From: Octopus sinensis
Taxonomy: Eukaryota
Direction: 5' to 3'
DNA length: 64,000 nucleotides
NCBI RefSeq assembly: GCF_006345805.1
Contig: NC_043002.1
Coordinates: 63,798,001 to 63,862,000 of the forward strand
In this document: positions 26,035-39,157 of the stretch, piece after piece
Layout: each line of letters begins with the position of its first letter
Position numbering within the stretch: position 1 is the stretch's first letter
Translations under genes and position numbers: made by a program
Notes under the pieces: model-generated
Databases searched by the model: none
The model's input: only the letters and a program-made list of their open reading frames with translations
Told to the model about the DNA's origin: nothing

Positions 26035-26194
26035 CGATGGGCGTCTTTCAGTTTCTGTCCATCAAAGCCACTCACACGTTTTTGGTTGACCCGAAACTAT
26101 AGTAGAAGACACTTTCTCAATTCCTCACGCAGTGGGACTTGAGCCGGGACCATGTGGCTTGAAAGCAAACTACGTACAACACAGCCACATGCAT
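25735..26194 (-). mobile_element. SINE family A
   Basis: Reverse-complement match to 4351-4738 with an internal microsatellite. Confidence 0.75.
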
Positions 26195-26496
26195 TTGATT
26201 GTATATATAATCTACATTCTAATTCTATTATCATCCGTATCTCTACGTCTAAATCAATTCTCATGTAGTCCAATCGAGCACCATACTAACCAATTTTACA
26301 ACTCATATCGTAGAAGTGGAACGCTCTACTGCGTTAGTGTCAGTTCTAAACGTTTACTATATGCGTTGCTGTCCACACATATTGTAATTTCTCCGCTTTA
26401 CTATCCATATATCTGTTACCCACACAGAAGCAAGTAAACTATCGGTCAGAACGCAAAAGGTAATATGTTTACAGGTTTTGACAAGCAACGACGAAA

Positions 26497-26527
<31 letters not shown>

Positions 26528-26854
26528 TTGCCCTCCATTCTATGAATAGTGTGTTGTTTAGTCACTGGTATGTGCAAGAGAAACACATCTATGATACTAG
26601 GCTTACTTTCTTATTGAAATCGTGAACATGTATTCAAATCCTTCTTCTGTCAGACCGAGAACTGCAGGATATTAAGGCTATATATAAGATTTTCTGTCAC
26701 TCGTTCTTTTTCTTGTTTTTTTTTTTTTTTCAAGTAAAGTTTGATTTATCAGTAACCAGCCAACAGCGTTGTATAGCTGAAAGATTAAAGTTATAGTCGA
26801 GAAAATATGAGCTGACATGTTGGGCTGGAAGCCATCTAAATGTTGGAATAGTGG

Positions 26855-26909
<55 letters not shown>

Positions 26910-27050
26910 GATGTTTCGCTCCGGGTATCAAAACGCCAGCATCATAGCTGCTACTAAATTCTCTGTTAACCATGTAAATGCTGTTAGAACTGACAAGGAC
27001 ATCATTAAAAATCAAGTTCTCCGAAACTGTGGTTGTTTTAATGTGTACCC

Positions 27051-27252
27051 TCTCCAGTGTGGTTGACATTATGCTTCCCACATATTTTAACAGGGACTAA
27101 GCTCATTTCAGATTGCTATGCAAAGCAGCTCGAGACTGTGGTCAAATACTGGCAGGCGTTGGTTGTTGCTGGAAGGCTATATTTGTTGCAGCAGGATTTG
27201 GCTGCTTACCATATGCCAGAGAAGAGTTAGGAATAGTTGTCGAATAGTTTGT
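27051..27252. repeat. About 200-bp segment duplicated at 27955-28154
   Basis: Direct repeat, about 97% identical by eye. Confidence 0.95.
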
Positions 27253-27885
27253 ATGACTTCACTAGACCCAATCTCTGATCCCTTAGTAGCCTTGATTTTA
27301 ATGCCATGGAATACTGCGCTTGGGCCGCGGTTGAGTGAGACGGTGTTGCTCTAACTGCAGCATTAAGTTTGAGCTGGTGGATAACAAGATCAACGCGATG
27401 TTCTTAGATCTTCTGATGGACACATTGAGAAATACATGCGCCATGTTATAAAATTGTCTTGAGACCGTGGTGGAAGCTGAAGGCGGCTACATTGAGTAGT
27501 TTGTTATCTTCCAACCTTAATTTAGTTTATAGTTCTAATTTTGTTTTAGTATTTTTAGTTTTGGATGCCATTTATTATTTTTTTACGGTTTATGCAGACT
27601 ATTAAGTTTAGCCTGAACACCCTGTAAAGTGACAATTTCTAAAAGATTGTTAGATACCACACCGGTTTCATTTTTCTTCAATTTACTCCTACGTTACGAA
27701 TACACGTGTCTATGCGGCGCTCAGGCACTTACATTTTCATTACATTTGTCGTCGTAGCCGACGGAATCCCAGTTATAATAGCATTAAAATTGAAACGAGA
27801 ATCGAACAATCATGTTTTTGTTATGTAATTAAATTGTTCAATAGAAAACAGTGTCTGCTGGTTTATAATACAATCTAACGTAGTC

Positions 27886-28154
27886 ATGATTGATTGATTG
27901 ATTGATTGATTCTAGTTTCAGCTCATGAGCTGTGGCCATGCTGGGGCACCGCCATCTCCAGTGTGGTTGACATTATGCTTCCCACATATTTTAACGGACT
28001 AAGTGCATTTCAGATTGCTATGCAAAGCAGCTCGAGACTGTGGTCAAATACTGGCAGGCGTTGGTTGTTGCTGGAAGGCTATATTTGTTGCAGCAGGATT
28101 TGGCTGCTTACCATACGCCAGAGAAGAGTTAGGAATAGTTGTCGAATAGTTTGT
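27886..28154 (-). mobile_element. Chimeric insertion: SINE 3' tail fused to a copy of 27051-27252
   Basis: (GATT)n, then the SINE tail tctagtttcagctcatgagctgtggccatgctggggcaccgcc, then the duplicated segment. Confidence 0.65.
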
Positions 28155-29162
28155 TTGACTAGAATAAACAGAAAACCAACGTCTTCCTTTTCAATGAAAT
28201 GATTTAGTCAATACCATCGCCCCCCGCCCTTCACTGGGAGTTTTTTTAATCGACTCCAAAGAAATAAGGGATGGTATTTTAACTAAGCGCCGGAAGACAA
28301 TCTATAATATTTTCTCCGACATTCTAAAGATTCTACCTTAATTTCTAAAACAATGTCATTTATTACAATCATAAACATGAGAACTTTGTAATGGTCATAT
28401 TTTCAGGAGAGATGCTGATTTTAGCTTCACTTCAGTTTTAAAATAACAGTTCATATAGAATTGCACCTGCGAAATCACAACACCTACTTCTCTTATATAT
28501 AATCTATTTTCTTAACTACATCATTAAATTCTAGACATTGAGACGCTTACCTCCTACTACCCTATACACATTTGCGTCTTCACAAATAAGGTATGAAATC
28601 TATCATACGGATATAGACAAAACTAGAAAATAAAATCTGCTTCTGATTGTGTATGTGTCTTTGTGGATTGAGAAAGCCGGTGGAATATCGAAATAAATGC
28701 CATTGCGGCATTGGTTCCGCTATCTTATAACCGGTGTTCAATCTACAAAGTAGCCGAATTCTGGATATTTGCGTGCTAGACTTCTATTGCTTCTTATCCT
28801 AAACTATGAAGGATATTTGTGTAGAGTCTCTCCACGTCGAGAGTAAACAGGATCGCTTCTATATTCTATGAAGAATATAGTTTCAGAAGTCCAAATAGTC
28901 TCTGATGATGCGAGGGAAACATTTTCCTCCTAGTTGTTAAATTGTTAAGTGAACTGATTTATAATTAGGTGCCACATGCAGGTCCTGCAACAGCTGCGCG
29001 TAATTATATATCAGACGGTCGGGGAAACTTTAAGCACTGTGTGCAGACGTCTTATAAGCTATGATTGATTCTTTAGTTTTATGAATTTTCTGTATATATC
29101 GAGATACGCATGCACACACACAAACACACAGGCACAAACACGCACATACACACACACATCGT

Positions 29163-29218
<56 letters not shown>

Positions 29219-29296
29219 AGCGTGTTTAAGTGTATGAAACTCTGGATGTCTATCTAATTATGAATATGTGTATGTATGTATATATATATATATATA

Positions 29297-29517
29297 TGTA
29301 GGTCCCGGATTGAGTCGGGGTTAACCACAGTAAATAAGGTACTCAATACATAGCAGAGTAAATTAATTTATTTTATAGAAGGAGCTTCTACAGGACTAGA
29401 ACTGTTTCATTCAAAAGAAATCATCAGGAAGCTTCCTGATGATTTCTTCCTGATGAGCTTCCTGATGATTTCTTTTGAATGAAACAGTTCTAGTCCTGTA
29501 GAAGCTCCTTCTATAAA

Positions 29518-29520
<3 letters not shown>
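29297..29520. mobile_element. Short element with snap-back palindrome and partial hammerhead core, between (TA)n tracts
   Basis: Arms 29369-29432 and 29457-29520 are perfect reverse complements. The centre has reiterated ttcctgatga. Contains CUGAUGA-UUUCUUUUGAAU-GAAACAGUU. Confidence 0.7.
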
Positions 29521-29570
<50 letters not shown>

Positions 29571-29571
<1 letters not shown>

Positions 29572-30190
29572 ACGGGAAGCTTTATGAAAACAAACAAAAG
29601 ACGAAGGCAGGTGGAGTACAAACAAACAATTGTATTAGTATAGCGCTCAGGAATATAAATCAAACAAGTCTATCACGTTTCGGGCCTACGCTCTTCAACA
29701 GAAAGATACACAGAAAAGAAACACAGAGAGAAAAAAATGCGTGCAGAAGCTAGCGATTCAACATGGCGATCTGATTCCGGCCAGAAGTCAGAGTTCAGAC
29801 GTGAGAGCGAAAGTAGGGGAGATAACAGGGTCAAATGACTTCGCCCCAACATAAGGGTGCGTGTGTGTATGAGAGAGTATGTAGTGCGTATGAAAGGTCT
29901 GGACGTGTGTATGTATGTATGATGTGATGTGTAATGTCGTATGGTGTAGTGTAGAGAGAGGAGATGAGGGCGGAGGGGGGGAGATGAGGGGAGGGGAGAG
30001 GAGGGAGAAGGAAACAGGAGAAGAGGAGGGAGGAGGGAGAAAAGGAAAGGTGAGAGTGAGGAGGGGAGATGAGGGGGAGAAGGAAATAAGGTGGGAGGTG
30101 GGGGTGAGATGAGATGAGATGTGATGAGATGAGGGGGGAGGGGGAGAGGGGGGGGAGAGAATGAAAGAGGAGAAGAGGGGTGAATGAGTC
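29571..30190 (-). mobile_element. PLE 3' UTR/pLTR copy (same family as 14308-15991)
   Basis: Reverse complement aligns to 15300-15991, including the pyrimidine tract and CTGTTGAAgagcgtaggcccgaaacg. Ends gcttcccgtt followed by (TA)n. Confidence 0.85.
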
Positions 30191-30206
30191 CCGCAGTGAA
30201 TGAGTC

Positions 30207-30775
30207 ACCAAACAGCCAGCATAATCTTCTCTTTGAAGAGCTCGGGTTTAGGGAAGGTTTTCGCAACTTCACTTTGGTCGAACAAGGTTTTTTTTTTTTT
30301 TACTGTACAGAATCGACGTTTTATCGCAAGTTACAATATGGTAATAGAATGTATATGTCTGTTTACAGAGAAAAAGAAACGACGAGCAAATTTCATACAG
30401 CACATTTTCTTATTTTCTTTTAAATTGTGTGGTATACATGTGTCGATATTTTTTCAGTTTCGGATCGCATGCAAGCAGTTGCAGGCAGATATCTGGCTAA
30501 CTTGAAGTTCTTTTACCAGTTCATTACTGGTTTTACATGGATCTTTCTCACTGACTGCCTTTAAATGACAGTTATTTATGACAGATGCACATCCATACGC
30601 TCACGATCTTCAAGGCTCAAGTCTCTACTGCGAAATATTTTAAACCATTTTCGAGCTGACCACTCATTGGCCATTTCCTCACCAAACGTCCGTTGATATC
30701 GCGACCCGTTTCAGCTGCTTTACGTCCATTTTTTGAAGTCGAATAGCAACGGTGCTCGAATATCGCACATTGACA
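30207..30775 (-). pseudogene. Mariner transposase N-terminal fragment
   Basis: AAETGRDIN...SARKWFKIFRSRDLSLEDRE, IVTCDK..ILY and PKPELFKEKIMLAVW, with frameshifts. Confidence 0.75.
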
Positions 30776-30789
30776 TTTCCATTTCAGAT

Positions 30790-32730
30790 GATTGTACCAA
30801 GGATTTCATTATTTCCACCGGGGGACGGTACAAATGAGGGAGGGGACGATGGGGCGTATGGTTTTACACAGAAGTGATAAGTTAACATTTTTTATAGATC
30901 GAATGATAAGCAAATGATAAGCAAAACCAATACATAAAAAAATTAAGTGGAGTTGGGGTTTGTTTCGACACCACAAGTCCCATGTCACCACTCTAACCTT
31001 TCTTGTTAACTTTTGGATACACTATGTGGGTTCATTCATTCGCAAAAATCTCGCCACAGCCTTCTATCTGTTTCCATATACATCAGGTGATAGGCATTTT
31101 CTTTCCACCCTTATTTTCCTCTTAAGGTGGTAGATGAGATAGTGGGCAAGCACAAGGTTGGAGATGAATGTACCTCTCACAATTCCTTTCACGCGGGTCT
31201 TCCATACCGCTTCTTTCACTAGAGTGAGAAAAGAAGCCTTGCCTTCTTTGTTAAATGAGGCAGGAGGAACAAAATTTTCAATCGACTCGGAAGACAGTTC
31301 TCAGTGTAAACCCAGATCGCAGAGATTTTCGAGCATTGCACAACTGCGTGCAGAACGGTTTCCACGTCCTGCTTGCATCTTGTACACGTAAGCGCGTAAG
31401 GGGCACCAAGCCTCTCGAGTTTATCGTGAACTGGTTAAGCTCCTCGGTAACACTGCAAGGTTAGGGATCGAAAGAACAGCGATCACACCTGTTCACCATC
31501 CAGATAAGCCACAGATGTCTCAGCGTCAGCGCATGTGTGCGCATCAAGAGTCAAGGTATCCCTAGACCAACCTTTGGCGGATGCTGGCAGCAGACAGAGC
31601 GCTTTAGCAAAGAACATCTACCCCTCCACAAAAAGCGAAACAGCAGCTGCTCGAACTTCATCAGCCACGAACTTGGGCAAGGCATGAAGGTGAGGCGGTA
31701 GGTAACCACAGAAGCGATAAACATTCCTTCGACCTCCGCTCTCCCTTTCAGGGTGCAGCTTCCTTCCTGCTCACGGACTTGGCTTGTATTTCTGCGGGTG
31801 GTGGAGGACAGTCTACCCTAATATGCCCCCGTTGGCCACATTTGTAGCACCGACGGATCCTACCCTCCACTGTAACCCTTAGTATTTTGTCTTCAACCGT
31901 TATGGACTCTTATTTTTTCTATGTCCTCCGGGTTGGCCTGATTCATCATATCGAGACCTTGTCCCTACCATATCTTCTGAGCAGTTCAAATGGTATGGAG
32001 ACCCATCAACGTCCCTTCCATGTCCAGAAGTATAACGTCCACCAGCTAGGCTACGTCTATTTCTGGGGGGGGGGTATGTCTTCTACTCTTATCCTGGAAG
32101 CATGTCATCCAAGGTATATGGGTAGAAGCACTACCACTTCAACTTTTAAAGGGGTTGCCGAATGAGGCTTGGCGTTTGCTGCATCTCGGAATCGCACCAC
32201 GACAGTTCCAAACTTTCGATATCTGTTGAGGTACACATCCTTCTTCATATTTGTTTTAAAGCTTTTTCAATCTGTGCAACCGTCATCATCCCGACTTTTC
32301 TGGGGTTTTTTCACCGAATATTCTCTATGAAAGATTCCTTTCTCTTTTCCCCCCTGTATTACTTCTTGGAGAGGGGAAACTTTCACTTTCTGTCCGTCCC
32401 GTCTTAGTATTTTTCATATGTACCAATTTCCTCCAATTCAATCTATTTTTGGTGGCTTCTGGCCACCGTCGCGAGATCTATCTCCATGTCTGCATTGCCG
32501 AAGGCTCTTTTCAGCTCTTCCTCTAAAGAAGGGAATTCTCAGGAGCATACGTTCTCACAATTCATTGCATATTTTTTCAAACAGCACTGCTCTCCTTAAA
32601 TAAAAGGAAACAGTAACAACAAACCTGCCTTAAGGCAGAAAGAGCAAAATTCTCACGACACAATATATCAATAAAAAAGTCAATCCCAAAAGAGAAAACT
32701 TAACACAAGAATATAAAATAGGTACCCAAA
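30790..32730 (-). mobile_element. Internally deleted Tx1/L1-type LINE
   Basis: ORF1 remnant with CYKCGQRGHIRVDCP knuckle (about 31803-31856), joined to the post-RT region (LKGRAEV...LFRFLWRG...GLGIP) and a zf-RVT-like CTRCKQDVETVLH. EN and the RT core are missing. Confidence 0.7.
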
Positions 32731-32989
32731 TTAGCAGCCGAAATAATAGCCCTTAAATTCCAGATGATTGTAACAAAGGTGAAAAAATATATCAATGTTA
32801 ATCGATGCATTTGGACAAGTCTCAGTCTGTATTATCACGCAACTGCAAAAGAAAAATGCTTTAAAATATTCAAAACACTGCAAATATCCGGTACAAGTTC
32901 TTCATGGTTCAAAACGTTGCTTACGTTTTACTCAACGAGATAAATTATCGATATCGGTAAATATTGTACCACTACTCTCTCTCTCTCTC

Positions 32990-33060
<71 letters not shown>

Positions 33061-33221
33061 GTTGAAATTTACAAAAATAAACAAACAAAGCAAAAGACGA
33101 AGACGGTGTGTAAACAGCAAACAGGTGTATTACTTTAACGCTCGGGAAGTCAGAAAGTCTTTTACGTTTCGAGCCTACGCTCTTAAACCGAAAGGAACGC
33201 AGAAGTAAACGGAGAGAGAAC
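33061..33221 (-). mobile_element. PLE pLTR remnant abutting (TA)n
   Basis: Reverse complement reads cctttCGGTTTAAgagcgtaggctcGAAACGTAaaagact. Confidence 0.75.
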
Positions 33222-34820
33222 ATAAAAATTGATAGATCGATAGATAGACAGATCGATAGTTAGATACATGTCACTAAAGTGAGAGAGGGTACTAAGTAAT
33301 AACAACATTGCTAGAAGTATGGTTAAATGAACATATATGTGTGTGCGTGTGAATGTGTGTACAGAGAGAGATAGAGAGAGAGAGAAATAGAAACAGTGAG
33401 TGAGAGAGTGAGAGACAGAGAGAGAGGAAGATACAGAGAGAGTGAGAGAAGGATGAGAAATCACTTAATGAATAAGGAATCAGCTGCATATAAAGTATAA
33501 TATTTGAGTTATTTCTGTTTATCATATATTCTCACGTATTTAGAAAAGAAAAGACAAGAATATTTTTTGTGCTTCACATGGCATTTCTTGTATATTCTCC
33601 TTGCAAATAAATACTTCTTACTAATACCAGCTACGTGTATCCATTTCTGCTATAGAGCGTATTCAGTTCTTTTCTATTTGGGGTATTTATAAATATTAAA
33701 GCAGTGAGCCTTAATTTGGGGTACAATGCAGTTTGCCATTTCGCTTAACATTTCACGCTATGATTTGAAATTCATCAACGGTCAGCTCTTTCACTATCAT
33801 ACTTTCAGATTCGCTACAAAAAAACTACCAGTTGTAATCGACTTACACCCACTCGTCAAAATTGCTGACTATTTTTCCAAATTTTGTGACCAGTAATGCA
33901 TAAATATATTTCTACGAACAGTATAACTCTTCTGAGGCCTTACCTTATCCCCCTAAGGGAAGGAGTGTTCACATCTCTCAAACTAGTTCATTTTCTTTTA
34001 ACTCCCAATCACGCGTCATATGAATTCCACCTTATACAACTTCCGCTTTATGAAGCGAGCAGTATTCTTTAATGTGTCGCGAAATGCTTTTGGTAACTAT
34101 TTTTATTCCTAGGCTTAATAGAATACTTGTAGTACTCCTTTAATCAGGACTAGCTCTTGTTCTTCAATTCCTTTTATTTTGCCTCTCTTCAAATTTAATG
34201 TAACTTACAGAACACTAAAGTAAAAATGGGTTCGCCATGAATTGCTTTCGTGAATGAACACAAATCGTAGTATCCAAATATTGAGATAAGTGGAGCATCT
34301 ACATTTTAGAATCTGGTGTAGTAAAATTTGGCACTACTCTTATTTGGGAAGGAATATATATAACTGTTGAGTATTTGTTATGAAAATGCAAATTTTATTA
34401 CAAAATGCATAATTCATGAACCGTTGTCAAGCATTTTATATTTTGCATTTTCATTTCAAAACAACACTTCGGAATTCAATATTTTCAACGTCTGTGATTC
34501 TGTCGCTGTAGCAATTTTCCTTCCATTCTTCATTTTCAAATGCCAGACATAATAATACTTCAGGGTTTCTATCAACATAATGGAAATATTAAATATTGCT
34601 TACGCCAAGATTTATTCCTTTTTAGCCAGAATAATAAATGTCATATTGCCACTTTGGTATAAAGTCTTTAGGATACCACAGAAGGGAGTGCATTTTATAT
34701 GTACATGAACGAATATTATATATATCACTATCACACTTACGATACCCCTGTGGATTTGCCTTACCACATTTTGCTAATTTCTTTCTCTTTATGCCCCTCC
34801 TTTACTCTATATTTCTCTCG

Positions 34821-34903
<83 letters not shown>

Positions 34904-34906
34904 CAT

Positions 34907-34964
<58 letters not shown>

Positions 34965-35032
34965 GGATAGATAGATAGATAGATACATACATACATACAT
35001 ACATACATACACATACATACATATTTATTTAT

Positions 35033-35452
35033 TATTTTACTTGTTTTTTTTCAGTCATTTCACTGTGGCCATACTAGAGCGCTGCCCTTAAATGTTTTTG
35101 GTCGAAGAAATGCACCACAAGACTTATTCTTTTTAAGCCTACTAATTATTGCATCGGTTTCTATTGAGCAACCGCTATGCTACGGGAACATACACACAGG
35201 AGCATGGATTGTCAACCGTTGGTGACGAGTCAAAGACAGACACGCATATATAAAGACACAAGCACACACACACGTATATATAGATATCCGATGCTCCTCT
35301 TTTAGTTTCCATCAACCAAATCCACTCCCTGTGCTTTGGTCGGTCCAAGGTTATAGTAGACAACAGTTGCTCAAGATCCTAAGTACTTGGACTGAACCCG
35401 GAACTATGTGGTTGGGAAGCAAGCTTCTTACCACACAGTCGAGTCATACCTG
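35033..35452 (-). mobile_element. SINE family A, diverged
   Basis: Reverse-complement head, body and tail match. Confidence 0.7.
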
Positions 35453-35526
35453 CATCTATATATTACTATTATTGCATGTTTTACTTATTCATTGTATTTG
35501 TACAAGTTGACTCCAAGTCTCGCCAG

Positions 35527-35557
35527 ATCATCATCATCATCATCCTTATCCTCATCC

Positions 35558-35591
<34 letters not shown>

Positions 35592-35628
35592 CATCATCAT
35601 CATCATCCTCATCATCATCATCATCATC
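35527..35628. repeat. (CAT)n microsatellite
   Basis: Direct reading of the sequence. Confidence 0.95.
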
Positions 35629-35631
35629 GTT

Positions 35632-36060
35632 ATTATTACCTCCACTTTAGCGAAGGCGGAGGTATTGTTTTCAGTCGTGTTTGTCCATGGACAAGATATC
35701 TCAAGAACCGCTGGATGGATTCGAAATAAAATATCAGTCAAGTTTAGCCTCATGACTGGCACGAACTGATTAGATTTTCGGATGTATCCAGTACCAGACA
35801 AGGATTCTGGATTATTTTTGGTTTCTGTTTTGTTTTTACTTAATTTTTGAAAGCGGTCGGGTTAATTTTTAGTATTCTCGCTAGTGAGAGCAGTGGAGGT
35901 TTTTTCAGATATTCTCATTTTAAAAATCATCTCCGACTAATCGCTGAGAGGAGGTTGGTGTTCTAGTAGAGTAATTTGTTTCCCCATTGGATTTGATGTG
36001 TGTTGGCTTCCTGTAAGTCTTGTTGTTGTTTGATTTATTGAAGGTCTGCCGCACCTAATT
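35632..36060 (+). mobile_element. Helentron-associated non-autonomous element (HINE/DINE-1-like)
   Basis: Starts attacctcc...ggaggtattgttttc (sub-terminal inverted repeat), followed by gatatctcaagaaccgctggatggatt, typical of HINE 5' ends. The 3' end is uncertain. Confidence 0.55.
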
Positions 36061-37730
36061 GTTGTATTTGTGAATTTTTGAACTTATTGTTACCTAATTT
36101 TTTATTTTTCTTCCCCATTTATGTGTGAAGTTGTGGATAATATCATTATTAATATGTCAACTAGTTCCAGCACGCAGATACGCTGCAGTGACTGGGAAAT
36201 ATCTAGCAGCATGTATACTGCAAGTAAGAGAAATTCAACTGGAAGAAACAAATTTCAAGAAGTACAATGAACTGTACATCAATTTATTCGATAAAAGTCC
36301 AGAGTTGCCACATGAAAGCTACATTATTAAAGTTTCTCCTTGAACATGTTGTGTCATATCGAAAAGAAAATACACTCGCCCTGCTTACAAGGCTATCTTA
36401 CCTTTAACATACAGACATATCAGAGATTGCTGCGACTATAATACTAAAAATTTTCCTTTAATCACATCTCTATCAAACGGTAGAGACCCATACAAATGTC
36501 AAATGCAGATATCAAATACTTCCAATAATCTAATAACGGATGCCTAGGCAATTTCTCCAAAGACAGTTAATTACATGTTTTAATGTTCATCTCAATCGGA
36601 AGCTGAATGTTGGAGTTTCATTTAAGCTTTGGGTCCAATATAGAAACATCAAACATCTAACTCTTTTTCTAACTCATTTTCGTTGAAGAAAATGAGTTTA
36701 CTTGCGACATTATGTCTGTCTAATATGAAACCATAGCGAAATATTTACTACTCCGGTAGCAATAAGCGATCACGAAACAATCACTCCATAAACAAACTTG
36801 TTTATGGATGCTCATCAAGGCCACACTAATGGTACAGGAAAAAAATTGTCATGACTTTGATATTTTTCACAAGAAAATGTTATATATAATTTAATTTCTT
36901 ACCTTTCCTACATCTGCGCGTATTTTTCTCTACATTCAGAATAATTTGAATCAATGAGATGTGATGCTACATCTCATTGCTTTCTCTAATTGAAGTACAG
37001 TTTTTTTTATCATTAACAGAAGAAATAGCAAGAAACAATGGTAAATAACGACTTGTTATCGACTACACACAATTCATAAATCACTACTGCTTTCTAGATG
37101 TGTATCTGCTCACAAACACCGAATATAATATTGATATGTAACACCATCTTCAAAGCAGCATATCATCAAATCGCGCTCTACCTTGATATTGAGAGGTCTG
37201 CTCACAAACACTGAATCATTCAACTACAGTAATAGTTGAATATTACTCTTAAGGTCACAATTTTCTCATAGGCAGCATTATCAGAGCTCTGCCTCTAATT
37301 CAGTTCCAAATGGAAAACTGTTAACACTTTTGAAAAGGACTGGTCCCTAACTACATTTTGGCATAACAATTTGAGATTTGCTCACGTAGAAAAAAGTTTA
37401 CATCAAAATATGTAGCAACGTAATAGTAGGTTGTAACGTCACCAATCAAACTTAGATATAAATAACTTTTTTTTAATTTTAAATTCAAAATATGCTTATC
37501 TTAGCTTCAATGATAAAAGAACACACGGGGAATGCCATAGTATTGGTCCCATGCAAGAAAATTCTGTATTAAAAAATTAGGCAGTTAAATATGAAAATAT
37601 ATAAAAGTAAAATAACAAATTGCATTTGAGTAAAATTATCTTCTTTATTTTAAAAAACAAACTATATTTATTTAAGCTTAAATGAAAGAGCTCAATTCGA
37701 AGTATTTCATGGTATCAATCTCACGTAATG

Positions 37731-38172
37731 AAGTTTTAAAAGAAAAAAGTTAAGAGTGTTTGTTTCTCAAATTTGAGGGTGGTAATGTGGTTGTATACTT
37801 TGTTTGAATATAGTTCTATAAGGGGACATTTAACATAGGTCACCGGCATCATTGAAGTAAGGAAAAACTTATCAACAACCCCGCTAATTTGCAATTCGTT
37901 TAATTACATCATCTGAATGGATTAATGCAATTATATCAAGCAAACACAGTCCCGTAATATCTGAGAAGAAGTTTTAAACGAAAAATGTTATGAGTGTTTC
38001 TTTTTCAAATTTGAAGGTGACGATACAATTCTGTACTTTTTATGAATATAGTTATATAAGGGGACGTCTAATCTATGTCACCGACATCATTGTGGTAATT
38101 TTCAATTATCAACACCACCGATAATTTGCAATTAGTTTAATTACGTCATCTCTATTAATGAAATTATATCAT
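37731..38172. repeat. Diverged tandem duplication, period about 238 bp
   Basis: Shared anchors aagttttaaa, gaatatagtt.tataaggggac and taatttgcaatt.gtttaattac at 37731 and 37969. Confidence 0.8.
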
Positions 38173-38284
38173 AAAATGAAAAAATTATATACGGGAAATT
38201 TATTAAGTTTATTATTCGATTTTCTATAAGCTAAAATCTTAAATTATTTATTGACACATTATCAATTAGCATAATAGCACAGCC

Positions 38285-39157
38285 TGGAAAAATGCGAGCA
38301 AGTGAAATAATATTCTTAAGATTATAAACCCGGAAAAGTACAGGGCAAGCTATTACACTTGGAAAAGCTGAGGACAATTTATTACATCTGGTAATGTACA
38401 GATCCAAAAAACTTTTACATAAAATATTGCAGCTAAGGATAAGATTTGAATGTTCAAAATTATTTGATTTTCATTTAGAAAGTGACATTATAATTAAAAA
38501 AATGTACCATCATTTCGTTAAAATACTGACTCAAACGAATAATTAAAAAATGAGAACCAGATATACCAATATAGCTTAAGTTTTATGCAAAGTAGAACAG
38601 TATATATGGTTGGTAAATTCTTTACTTAAAAACATAGGCATTGGGTCAAGACTAAAAATGTGAAGCATTGGCAATAACTTAGGCAATAACTCAAGGAAAT
38701 TTTGCTGTGAATTGGTTGTTCTAGGTAGATTTTACTGTAATATATAATTAATTCTTGTATTCTATTTATTTTAGTAATTAATTATGTAGTACAATTTCTT
38801 TTTATAATCTATTTCCAAATTTCTATTTAGCAATTAATAACTAAACCAAATGAATTTTAAAGTACAAAATATATTTTAATTGAGTTATTTTTATTTCTAA
38901 TAGAAGTAACAACTAATAAAAATAGAAGTAATAACTTGTAATAACATTTTTAGTTTTGATAAAAGCTAATGTTCTCTAAATCTAAATAATTTATTTGAAA
39001 TTTTATCCTTAGCTGCAATATTTTATGTAAAAATTTTCTTGTTCTGTAATTTACCAGATGTAATAACTTGTCCCGAACGTTTCCAAGTGAAATAACGTCT
39101 TTACTTTTCCACGTTTATAATCTTATGAATATTCTTTCTCTTGCTCGCATTTTTCCA
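38285..39157. repeat. Diverged inverted repeat (arms about 157 bp, AT-rich spacer about 560 bp); foldback/MITE-like
   Basis: tggaaaaatgcgagcaag...aaaatattgcagctaaggataa (38285-38442) versus ttatccttagctgcaatatttt...cttgctcgcatttttcca (39003-39157). Confidence 0.8.

Noticed and set aside
28890-28930. CTGATGA...GAAAC as a hammerhead
   Set aside because: The intervening TGCGAGG cannot form stem II and there is no stem I.
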